From: an uncultured Alphaproteobacteria bacterium
GTDB taxonomy: Bacteria; Pseudomonadota; Alphaproteobacteria; RF32; CAG-239
Direction: 5' to 3'
DNA: 64,000 nt
NCBI GenBank assembly: GCA_944393725.1
Contig: CALYBC010000020.1
Coordinates: 6,103 to 70,102, forward strand
Shown here: positions 7,621-16,400 of the stretch, one piece after another
How the letters are laid out: each line of letters opens with the position of its first letter
Numbering within the stretch: position 1 is the first letter of the stretch
Position numbers and translations under genes: made by a program
Notes under the pieces: model-generated
What the model saw: the letters and a program-made list of their open reading frames with translations, nothing else
What the model was told of the DNA's origin: nothing
Database searches by the model: none

Positions 7621-8889
7621 CTATAAATTGTTTTTTAAGGTCTGGTCCGTCTTCATGGTTTTGATTACTCGCGGAACTATCATTATTATGGTTTCCGACT
7701 GTGGCGATTTTAGATCAAAAACCGTATTGGGAAGACCTATAATCAAGAAATTCTCGCCCAGTTTGCTCCGAATTGAATAATTGGCAATCTCACCGCGGGA
7801 AACTTCAATGGTAATATCGGAATAAATCTTGCTGTTTTCTTCAAACGAAGCTTTTGCCAGTAAGGTCATATTGGCAACAATTGAAGACTGATTCATGCAT
7901 TTTCCGATATCAAAACGAGAAAACCATAAATTGGGGACGACAAACTTGCCTTCACCCACATTTTCTACCCGAGCCTGTCTCATTAAGAATGAGGTCAATG
8001 AAGCAACATTGATATCATTCGAGGTCGTAAGCAGACGTCCCAACACACCGTTGCGGCTACTTTTGATTGAACCAAATTCAAATGTCTTGATTATTTGCTG
8101 CCACTCGATACCGTTGGGAGAATAAGGATACAGGTTAAATACTTTTACATCATAAGCCAGCAATACCGGATTTTCTTCAAAATAGTTTATCAGATTTAGG
8201 ATTTGGTTCTTTAATTCGAAATCAGCGTCAAAGGTTATGCTGTAGTCATCAAAATTGGTGGTAAAGTCTGTAATACCGGCTCCTCTTAAGACATCAAGGA
8301 TAGCCAAAAGTATAGTTCTGGATTGCGGAATGTATAAGCTGTAGTTAGCCTTACGAGATATCCGCATGGTTTGATTGACCGAGTTATATGTATAGTATAT
8401 TTCGGCTGCATCGCATAACATATTGATGACATCGGTTAAGCTTCCGCGTAAATTTTCGGCTGATATACTGGCATAGGGGGCATCTTTGGCTATCAATTTT
8501 ATACCGGCTTCTTTGGTAAGTTCAAGTAATGCTTTTTCTGCCGGCATAGTGTCAAATGAAAAGCCATTAACCTCAAACTTCGGCAGAGCATCATTTTCGC
8601 CATTTCTTACCAACTTAAACGCTTGGGAATTATATGGAATTGTAGATATCATTTCCTGAGTGTTCCAGTTGACAAAACACCGATATGGCGTTTCCAAATC
8701 CAACCTGTTGGCACCTTTGGGCGTGCGAATTACCGGATATGGTGTTTTTTTGACCTCCTGTGCATTATATGCAGGAACCTGTGCTTCGGCTTTTGGTTGC
8801 CGGGGATAATATTTGGACAAATCGCAACCGGAAAGAAAAAATGTTGCTATAGTTAAAATGTAAAAAATGCGTCTCATTGTCATAATCAA
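7621..8889 (-). CDS. Lipoprotein with secretin-like N0/N1 modules and a short, divergent secretin-like C-terminal domain
   Basis: 422 aa with lipobox FFLSGC. RGSLTDVINMLCDAAEIYYTYNSVNQTMRISRKANYSLYIP and SITFDADFELKNQILNLINYFEENPVLLAYDVKVFNL are colinear with GPLSGFLDEVSSRFGVWWKYDNKDIYFYRFITKTFVMYSLP and TITLTATPNDIKLVAKYVNEQNARLARQVAISVKIMQV of the secretin at 52141..53745. The C-terminus (ENFLIIGLP ... SETIIMIVPRVIK) resembles the end of a secretin domain. Confidence 0.5.
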   Translation of the reverse strand: MIMTMRRIFYILTIATFFLSGCDLSKYYPRQPKAEAQVPAYNAQEVKKTPYPVIRTPKGANRLDLETPYRCFVNWNTQEMISTIPYNSQAFKLVRNGENDALPKFEVNGFSFDTMPAEKALLELTKEAGIKLIAKDAPYASISAENLRGSLTDVINMLCDAAEIYYTYNSVNQTMRISRKANYSLYIPQSRTILLAILDVLRGAGITDFTTNFDDYSITFDADFELKNQILNLINYFEENPVLLAYDVKVFNLYPYSPNGIEWQQIIKTFEFGSIKSSRNGVLGRLLTTSNDINVASLTSFLMRQARVENVGEGKFVVPNLWFSRFDIGKCMNQSSIVANMTLLAKASFEENSKIYSDITIEVSRGEIANYSIRSKLGENFLIIGLPNTVFDLKSPQSETIIMIVPRVIKTMKTDQTLKNNL

Positions 8890-8897
8890 AATTGTGT

Positions 8898-9644
8898 TTA
8901 TTGCTGTTGCGGGCGAGGCTGACCGCCCTGGGGTTGCGGGCGAGGCTGACCGCCTTGGGTTTGCGGGCGAGGCTGACCGCCTTGGGATTGCGGGCGAGGC
9001 TGACCGCCTTGGGATTGCGGACGAGGCTGACCGCCTTGGGATTGCGGACGGGGCTGACCGCCTTGGGGTTGCGGACGAGGCTGACCGCCCTGGGGTTGCG
9101 GGCGAGGCTGACCGCCCTGGGGTTGCGGACGAGGCTGTGGAGCCGTAACATCGTCCTCATATTGCGTCTGCTCAATATTGTTCTGCTTCATCAACTTATT
9201 AATGACCTCATCCATCGACATACCGGCACCTGCCGTCGGGTCATCGGACTTATCTATTTCACCCAGAGCCTCCTTCATCTTGTTTAGCTCATTACCGTCT
9301 TGCTTTATCATGTCAGGAGAGGCATTTTGCTCAAGCTCAGATTTAAATTCTTTAAGGTTCTTTTTTAATGCATTTACACCACCGGCTATCTTCTTTTCAA
9401 CATAGCCAAATAAATCGGGGTGAGACAATATGTACTCTCCGGTTTCGCTTATTTCTTCCAAAACATCAAGTATGTAGGGATAGTACTTATATTCTTCCAT
9501 GGCAATATTGCCTTGACGAACACAACGAGCTGCAATACGAGAAATTGTCATATCGTAATACTCTTTGAGCAGAATATAATTGTCAACATACCAGGTGTCG
9601 CCTCCGACACCCTGCCCAGAGCTAAACTCTTTGTTTGTTTCCAT
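8898..9644 (-). CDS. Soluble protein with a C-terminal PRPQxQGGQ tandem-repeat tail, function unknown
   Basis: 248 aa with no TM or signal peptide. A non-repetitive N-domain of ~165 aa is followed by 8 full and 1 partial 9-aa repeats. The stop lies 8 nt before the next start. Confidence 0.65.
   Translation of the reverse strand: METNKEFSSGQGVGGDTWYVDNYILLKEYYDMTISRIAARCVRQGNIAMEEYKYYPYILDVLEEISETGEYILSHPDLFGYVEKKIAGGVNALKKNLKEFKSELEQNASPDMIKQDGNELNKMKEALGEIDKSDDPTAGAGMSMDEVINKLMKQNNIEQTQYEDDVTAPQPRPQPQGGQPRPQPQGGQPRPQPQGGQPRPQSQGGQPRPQSQGGQPRPQSQGGQPRPQTQGGQPRPQPQGGQPRPQQQ
8901..9134. repeat. 27-bp in-frame tandem repeat, about 8.7 copies
   Basis: Unit GGCTGACCGCC(C/T)TGGG(G/A/T)TTGCGG(G/A)CGA, head to tail. 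It encodes PRPQ(P/S/T)QGGQ on the minus strand. Confidence 0.9.
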
Positions 9645-9718
9645 AGCAAAGCCCTCACAAAACTTTATACATCTTTATATTAATCTAATTGAGCATTTTA
9701 GCTTTGTAAATCACTATT

Positions 9719-12385
9719 TTAATCTTTTAGAACACTATTTTGGTATGGGTCGAAATCTTCATCCTCGGATTGCAGTAATTTTAACTTCTGTGGCGGGCTT
9801 GCGGGTAAAGTTGTATTTACATCGCTTCCTGATACTTCTTCCGGCATATAGTCATCGGAATAGTTATCATCATCTTCAACATAAACCCACTCCCAGTCTT
9901 GATCGGAGTTGTCATTACCGGCATCACTGTCTGACGGATAGGCAGCATTGTCTGGCGCATAATCATACTTCTCATCCTGAGGAACAATTTCGTCATTTTG
10001 AGAAAAGTCTTCGTTACTTGAGGCATCAAATCCCCAATCGTTGGCCTCTTCACCTTCATAATCATCAGATATTCTGATATTTGAAGTTGCCAACTCGGAA
10101 TTGCCGTCATCTTGTGTGCTAAATCCCCAATCAAAACTGCTTTCATCTGATGATTGCTCTTGGTTATTTTCATCACCAGAGATATAATATTCACTGTTGG
10201 TTTCATCCGAGGTAACTGCACCGGCGTCAGGATGAGGAACCTCTTCATCCGGTACAGTCTGCGGGTCTGTGTCGGCCGGCTCTTCCGGTTGATATGTGTA
10301 ATCATATGAAGGCGGCTCGTTTTCGGCTAGAGCTACTGTTTCTGTCGTGCCCCCGAAAGCGTCTGAATTATCAAGGTTGTTGTCCACAGAATTTTCATAT
10401 TCGTTGGGTTGAAGCTCATCATAATGATCCTGTTCGGTTGAGGCGGAAACTTCCGGTAAATCTTCGTAATCAAACTCTCCATTCGGTAACTCCAACGCCG
10501 CATCAAGAGATTGTGTTGCCTCATTATTTGCAACCTCAAAACCGGTATTGATTTCTGCGGTCGTATTTTTTTTCTTTTTCTTTTTCTTCTTTTTCTTCGT
10601 AACCGCCCCATCAGATACATTATCTGCATAGTTACCATCTTCAAAGGTATTGTCATATGTATCTTTGGAGACTGTTATATCTTGCGGCTCGTATATATTT
10701 TTTTCTACCTCGGAACTGGCGAATCTGTCACTTTGGGCAATATTGGCAGTCGTTTCTTGTTTAATCTGAGTTACCAACATCGGAGTTAGGATTTCTTTAA
10801 TTCCACGAGTAAAAGCTTCTATTAATTCTTCATTTTTGCGATTGCTTAATTTTCCAAAAATCTCTCCCTGAGCTTCAATCGCTCGGGTGATGGCTTTTTC
10901 AAGATTTTTCTCGTTTGATGCTTGCAATGATGAAATCTTGTTAATTAACTTTTCTATAGCCTCTTGGTCGCCCGAAAATGCTACAGGCGTAATGTGCTCA
11001 CCTTGGCTTGATGGCTGCGTATGATTCTCTGAAACCTTGGATATAACCGCTTTAATTAATTTTTCTTGCGAATCGTTTATCATTTTAAGCAGTTTTGCAC
11101 TATCGGCTTCTTTTGACGGTGATTGAGATGGAGAATCTGACCTGTTGTTCAGATTTTTTAACAGCTCTTCTTGTGTGGCTTTGAAGGCTTCAATGAGATT
11201 TATGTTGTCGTTTGCTTTGTTTAGCGACATTTCCTCAACCTTATCAAGGCGCAAATTTATCTGTTTCTGCCCTTCTATCACTGCCTCTATGAGTTTTTGC
11301 GTGGTAGAATCATCATACGCGGGGAGCGGAGCGGCAACCGTTCCGTCAGCAAGTTTGATTCCGCTTAGTGACTGGCCTAAACTTTTCTGACTTTGAATAA
11401 TCGCGTCGCAAAGCTCCTTTATTTCCGATGAGGTGGAACCATTATCACGACTGGATTTCAGACCCTCGGTAATCGCACTGCAAAGCTCTTTTATTTCTTT
11501 GTTTTGGTCTTCCCTTATACTCAGGTAATTATCCGATATGGTTTGCAGAAGTTCTTTTATATCTATTCCGCTTATACTTTCTCCGCCTGATGATGTAACT
11601 ACAGGTGTTTTATCAGCAATTACCTTGCATAATTCCTTAAATTCCTGCTGATGCTCGTTGTAACCTTCTTTGATGTTTTTTGCAATGTATAATTGTGTTT
11701 TGCTTATGTCCTGAACAAGCTTATCTAAACTCTCTTTTTGGAGTTGGCTTTGGTACTGCATGAGCGGGTGCAGGCTTTTGGCAAAGTCAGAGGCAAAATT
11801 CTCGCCTAAACTTATATTAACTTTTCCCGCTCCGATTGATGATGCTCCACCGGCAGCATTGTTTCCAAGTTCTTTTATTATCTTCTCCAGACTTTCTCTC
11901 TGAGTTGCAGCTTGCTGCTGCAGAAGCCCGGCGATGATTCTGGTAAATTCCGTAGAAAAATCTTTATCAAAACTTATTTTACCACTTACTGCGGTAACCG
12001 GCTGTGCTGATGATGAAGGAGGAACAGCTCCGAAGGCCGTTGCTTGAGTTGTTGTGTCAAAAACAGGCGATGGAGATGACGGTGTGTCTACGGCTTCTTC
12101 GCTTCCTTTATTGCCGCTCAGTTCGTCTATATAGTCTTGTAACATGGCTCCGCCTGGCAAAGTTGAGAATATACTCTTTACATCTGGCGACAGCTCAAGT
12201 AGCATCTTATTGAAGGCTTCGCGGCGTTCTCCGCTTAGTATGTGCATTTGGCGATAAATGTTTAGAAACCTTTGTGCAACGACAACAGGATCCTCGTCGC
12301 CTTTACGCAACGCCTTTCTTCTTGCCTCCGTCGTTCTGTTGGTTTCTGCTACCATTCTTGCACAATTACCTTTCGCAATATACAC
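9719..12385 (-). CDS. 888-aa cytoplasmic-type hyper-acidic protein, function unknown (occupies the position after virB11 where virD4 often sits)
   Basis: No TM or signal peptide. Basic N-terminus, internal repeats (FKELCKVIADK, IKELCSAITEG, IKELCDAIIQS), a run of 10-11 Lys, then ~300 aa of D/E/N/S/Y-rich sequence with FDWGF, NDWGFD and DWEWVY motifs. No Walker motifs, so it is not VirD4. Confidence 0.7.
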   Translation of the reverse strand: MYIAKGNCARMVAETNRTTEARRKALRKGDEDPVVVAQRFLNIYRQMHILSGERREAFNKMLLELSPDVKSIFSTLPGGAMLQDYIDELSGNKGSEEAVDTPSSPSPVFDTTTQATAFGAVPPSSSAQPVTAVSGKISFDKDFSTEFTRIIAGLLQQQAATQRESLEKIIKELGNNAAGGASSIGAGKVNISLGENFASDFAKSLHPLMQYQSQLQKESLDKLVQDISKTQLYIAKNIKEGYNEHQQEFKELCKVIADKTPVVTSSGGESISGIDIKELLQTISDNYLSIREDQNKEIKELCSAITEGLKSSRDNGSTSSEIKELCDAIIQSQKSLGQSLSGIKLADGTVAAPLPAYDDSTTQKLIEAVIEGQKQINLRLDKVEEMSLNKANDNINLIEAFKATQEELLKNLNNRSDSPSQSPSKEADSAKLLKMINDSQEKLIKAVISKVSENHTQPSSQGEHITPVAFSGDQEAIEKLINKISSLQASNEKNLEKAITRAIEAQGEIFGKLSNRKNEELIEAFTRGIKEILTPMLVTQIKQETTANIAQSDRFASSEVEKNIYEPQDITVSKDTYDNTFEDGNYADNVSDGAVTKKKKKKKKKKNTTAEINTGFEVANNEATQSLDAALELPNGEFDYEDLPEVSASTEQDHYDELQPNEYENSVDNNLDNSDAFGGTTETVALAENEPPSYDYTYQPEEPADTDPQTVPDEEVPHPDAGAVTSDETNSEYYISGDENNQEQSSDESSFDWGFSTQDDGNSELATSNIRISDDYEGEEANDWGFDASSNEDFSQNDEIVPQDEKYDYAPDNAAYPSDSDAGNDNSDQDWEWVYVEDDDNYSDDYMPEEVSGSDVNTTLPASPPQKLKLLQSEDEDFDPYQNSVLKD

Positions 12386-12470
12386 ATAATGCGATACTTT
12401 ATATCAATCTTGTAAATTTAGGGTTAACAAACAGTACAAATTCTGCTGTTTTTCTATATTTTTTTGTACA

Positions 12471-13439
12471 TTAAGTAATTTCCGTAACCGCTCGAAGGTT
12501 ACCATCACGATTTATTTGTATAACGCGTAATTTGTGACGCATTTCTTCAATGGTCTTATTGCGATCAATTGTCGGATAGGTATGTAAAATTCTGTCGGTA
12601 AATGCTTGATATGCAGCCTCTGAACTTTCGGCGTGAATAGTTGCCAAACAGTTATCATGCCCTGACCCCATAAGCTCCCATATTGCTCCGGCATTGCTTG
12701 TTGATATCTCTCCGCCGATGATGGCATCGGGAGTAAAACGAACCACTAAGTCAATTACTTTGGCATATGTCAATGCGTTGGTTTGCTCGGTTCTTGATAA
12801 AGTTATATGTACTCTGTTTTTGTGCGGTACTATTAATTCTCGCGTATCTTCAATGGTTAAAATTCGCTTGTTGATGTCCAATATCTTCAATAAATTGTTT
12901 AAAAATGTTGTCTTACCGGTTGCCGTCGCACCGGAAACTAATATGTGGTCTCCACGACGGATACTCAGTAATAATCTCTCATAAGGGTCTTCCGGTTCTT
13001 TAATATCTTTGAGCGGATTTATTTTGTGCAGGTGACCGCCTTGCGTTAAACCATAATCGCCCAAGCCAAAAGAAACATCATCAGAGTGAATACGGATTGT
13101 TAAAGCTATGCCTCCGGTTAAATCATTATTGTCATACATGACGTTCTTGCCGCAAATTGCCGAAAAACGGTGTTCGCCGGGTATGGTGGCATAAACAACC
13201 GGGTTTCCCTGTATGGGGTCAAACGGCAATTCATAGGTGTTGGCTATAATGTATAATAAGTCGGTTAAGTATTCTTTACTTAATTTCTCATCTTTGTAGC
13301 TTGTCCAGGGATGGGCCCGTTTTCCGCGTAATCTTAACCATACCTCTCCGGCATGATTGATGGCAAGTTCTTCTATGCCATCTTGCTCATACCAATAAGA
13401 CAGCGGTCGTAAAATAGATTCCAAAACAGTAAAACTCAT
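12471..13439 (-). CDS. virB11: VirB11-family T4SS traffic ATPase
   Basis: 322 aa. Walker A GATATGKTT, Asp box ILTIEDTRELIV, Walker B RFTPDAIIGGEI, His box GHDNCLATIHAES. Confidence 0.92.
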   Translation of the reverse strand: MSFTVLESILRPLSYWYEQDGIEELAINHAGEVWLRLRGKRAHPWTSYKDEKLSKEYLTDLLYIIANTYELPFDPIQGNPVVYATIPGEHRFSAICGKNVMYDNNDLTGGIALTIRIHSDDVSFGLGDYGLTQGGHLHKINPLKDIKEPEDPYERLLLSIRRGDHILVSGATATGKTTFLNNLLKILDINKRILTIEDTRELIVPHKNRVHITLSRTEQTNALTYAKVIDLVVRFTPDAIIGGEISTSNAGAIWELMGSGHDNCLATIHAESSEAAYQAFTDRILHTYPTIDRNKTIEEMRHKLRVIQINRDGNLRAVTEIT

Positions 13440-13451
13440 TACTAAACTCCT

Positions 13452-16400
13452 CTAAAACAGTGCCGGAACACTACCGCTTTCTCCCGTATCGGCCGTGCTG
13501 CCTGCCGGCGTTTGCGGTGTGGTCGCTATATTCCCCGACGAACTCGGCGGCGGAGGCGGAACCAGCGTCTTATTTTTCTTGGGGGCATCATCTATCAACA
13601 GGGGTTGTGTATCAGCGGCAGCCGCTTCGACATTGGCCTCGTCCGGATCATACACAACCTGTGTACTTGAAGCTTTGGCAACATCCTCGCGTTGTTTCTG
13701 ACGGCTCTCTTGGTCAGTCTTAACATCGTCGATTAAGATTTCTGGCTTTTGATACTTTTGTGATTCTTCTTCGTCGCGCTCTACGCTTCTTAGCCATAAA
13801 TCAGTGTTCGGATAAACAATTATACGCGTTCCGGCCGGAATATAGGTCATTGCTTTTACATCTGTCTTATCGGCCAATATGTCATCAAACAATTCTTCCA
13901 TATCGTCCAAGAAATTCTGACGAGCGTCGTTGGCTGCCTGTTGTTTTGAGGTTTCAATTTCCCCTGCGGCGTCATCAGCAGAGGCAATAAAATATGATGC
14001 TCCCGAAGATAAAACCGTGGTTACTACCGGTAAGGTATATTTCTTGAAGAGTTGCTGGTCAACATAACCTAGAGCTCCTGCTCTACCTTGAGCATCCGCA
14101 GTTTGGCCGCTAAACACAAAGATGGAGCCGTCGGGTCTGATTAATCTTTCCCAACTGATTTGAACTCGGGCAGATTCCGAGGTTGCCTCAGCCGCCGCAG
14201 TTATGCTACCGAAACTTCCTATCATACGCGAACCGGCCGGAATTATTATGTTGCGGCCTTCTTCCGCATATACATTCCTCTCGACATAGGCAGTGATAGG
14301 AGCTGGATTGTTGGTATCTATCGCACGCGCGATTACGGCAGGAATCGGCTTATCGGAGAATATCATTTCGCTCATATCAACTCTCCATGAAGAAATCGAC
14401 TTCGGTATACCTTGCTCGGACCAATCTTTTTGGTAGCCGTCAAAAGCCTCTTTGCGAACACTTGAACCGATGTGCCCAACACTGATGTTTTGTCTTCTCT
14501 CTTGCATTGCCGCTTCAAGTGCTGCTCTGCGGGTCGGGTCGTATCTTTCGCCGGGGCCATAACCTCCACCGGGGCCTAAGTTGGCAGCACTACCTTCACC
14601 GACGCCGTAAGCTCCTCCGGGACCAAAGCTGCCGGCAGGAACAAATACTTTTCCGTCATCTTCTTTATCGCCAAAGTCTTCGGTACCTATCAGATTGCCC
14701 TCACTGTCTATTATTAAGCCGTCAGGTGTACGATATCCAATTATATTCCCTTTATCGTCAATAACCGTATCATTTTCCAAAATCTCACCAAGATACTCGC
14801 CGTCAGGGGTTAGAGCGATACCTAAAGATTTGTAATATTTGGGGTCTTCCAGCATTTTTAGTGCCGGTGATACATCTTCTTCTTGGGGCTGTTTTAGAGA
14901 ATCCAATATCGAAGTCTTATCAAACCAACTTCGTGTTTCGTCTTTTTCTGCGTCGGCCTTAGCTTTGGCTGCCGCTTCTGCTTCGGCCTTAGCTCTGGCC
15001 TCAGCCTCTGCCTTAGCTTTAGCCGCCGCCTCTGCTTCATCCACCGGAACCAATAGTTTATCTTTGTTAAAGTCATAATACTGTAATGGTCTTGCTTTAA
15101 CTATAAACTCGCCATTGTCTTTTACAATACTGCCACCGGAATTTATACTGCCTATAACATTGCCCAGATTGTCATAAACCTTACCATCTAAAGATAATTT
15201 TCCAAGAACCAAATTGGTATTGTCTCTGATATTGTAATCACGATTACCGCGACCAACTACTTGCTCCCCTTTTATAACAAAACCTAAATCATATTTGCCT
15301 AAGCTTTGGTTGTTGAAACCAAAAGCTTCGCCATTGCGGTTGACCAAACCTATAACTTGTCCGGAATTATCATAAATGTATAGATCATAGAGAGCATAAC
15401 CGATATTTTTTTCATCAGAAACAACATAGCCGTCGTAATTCACATCACCCAAAATCTCGCCTGTTGCCGATATTACCTTCCCTTGTGATGACACTCTGCC
15501 GATATATTTGTTAGACATATCAAAAGCAACCTTATACTTAAACAAATTTCCCAGAGGCAGACCGGCATTGGAATTAACATTATCATTGGGTTGCAGATAT
15601 CCTATGAGTTCATCATCATCATCGACTATTAAACCGTTTACCGTTGTGTATCCGATTATATTGCCGGCAAAGTCAATAACCGAATTAAACTCAACAGCCT
15701 TTCCGATTAGGGCTTTATTTTCGTTATATAGCTGTTTATTGTAGTCCAAACAGCCAACCTGACTACCAGTTTCATTATAAACTTTGCCGTCATTTGAAAC
15801 AAACCCTATGGTGCGACCATTAAAATCAACAACAGGCGATTGAGCTACTTTATAGCCGACCACAGCACCGCTGTCGCTGATAACAAAATCATTAGCCAAC
15901 AATTTGCCGACATATACATCTCTGTAGTTGTAAACATTTCCGTTAAAGGAAACAACGCCTATGGTTTCGCATTTGTCATTAACGGCTACACCTTGAGAAG
16001 ATAAATATCCGTTGACAATTCCGTTGTTGTCAGTACTGAGCATTCCTTCAACGACTTTACCTATTTTTGAGCCTGAGGAGTTTTTTACATTGCCGGCTAT
16101 GTCGGTGTACCCGATAAAATTACCGTTAAAGTCTAAAACCGTACCGCCATTATATGCAAAACCAATCTTGGGCATATAATTAAAATTACCTGATTGGGAT
16201 TTAGCTACGCTTGTATCCGGTAAGATTTTTCCAATATCGCTGAAAGAACGATCCAAAATGTTATTGTGATAGCTTATATTACCAAGAGTATTTCCATCAT
16301 TGTCAACAGCAACATAGTCCTTTATCTCTGAGGCAATTAGTTGGTTTTGCGGATTTAGCACATAGCCCGAGCCGACAATTTTACCGAGTTCAGCACCTTT

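Noticed and set aside
8765-9287. Three extra overlapping ORFs (8765..9175 minus, 8867..9148 plus, 8892..9287 plus), and a CRISPR-like regular periodicity.
   Set aside because: The 27-bp units are contiguous with no spacers, so this is not a CRISPR array. The extra ORFs are alternative-frame shadows of the tandem repeat. Only 8898..9644 has a non-repetitive domain and fits the operon spacing (8 nt to the next start).
10566-10573. The A8/T8 homopolymer inside the poly-Lys block of the 888-aa gene, considered as a slipped-strand phase-variation switch.
   Set aside because: Eight bases is at the low end for efficient slippage, and the tract is simply part of mixed AAA/AAG Lys codons. There is no evidence of an alternative frame with meaningful sequence.
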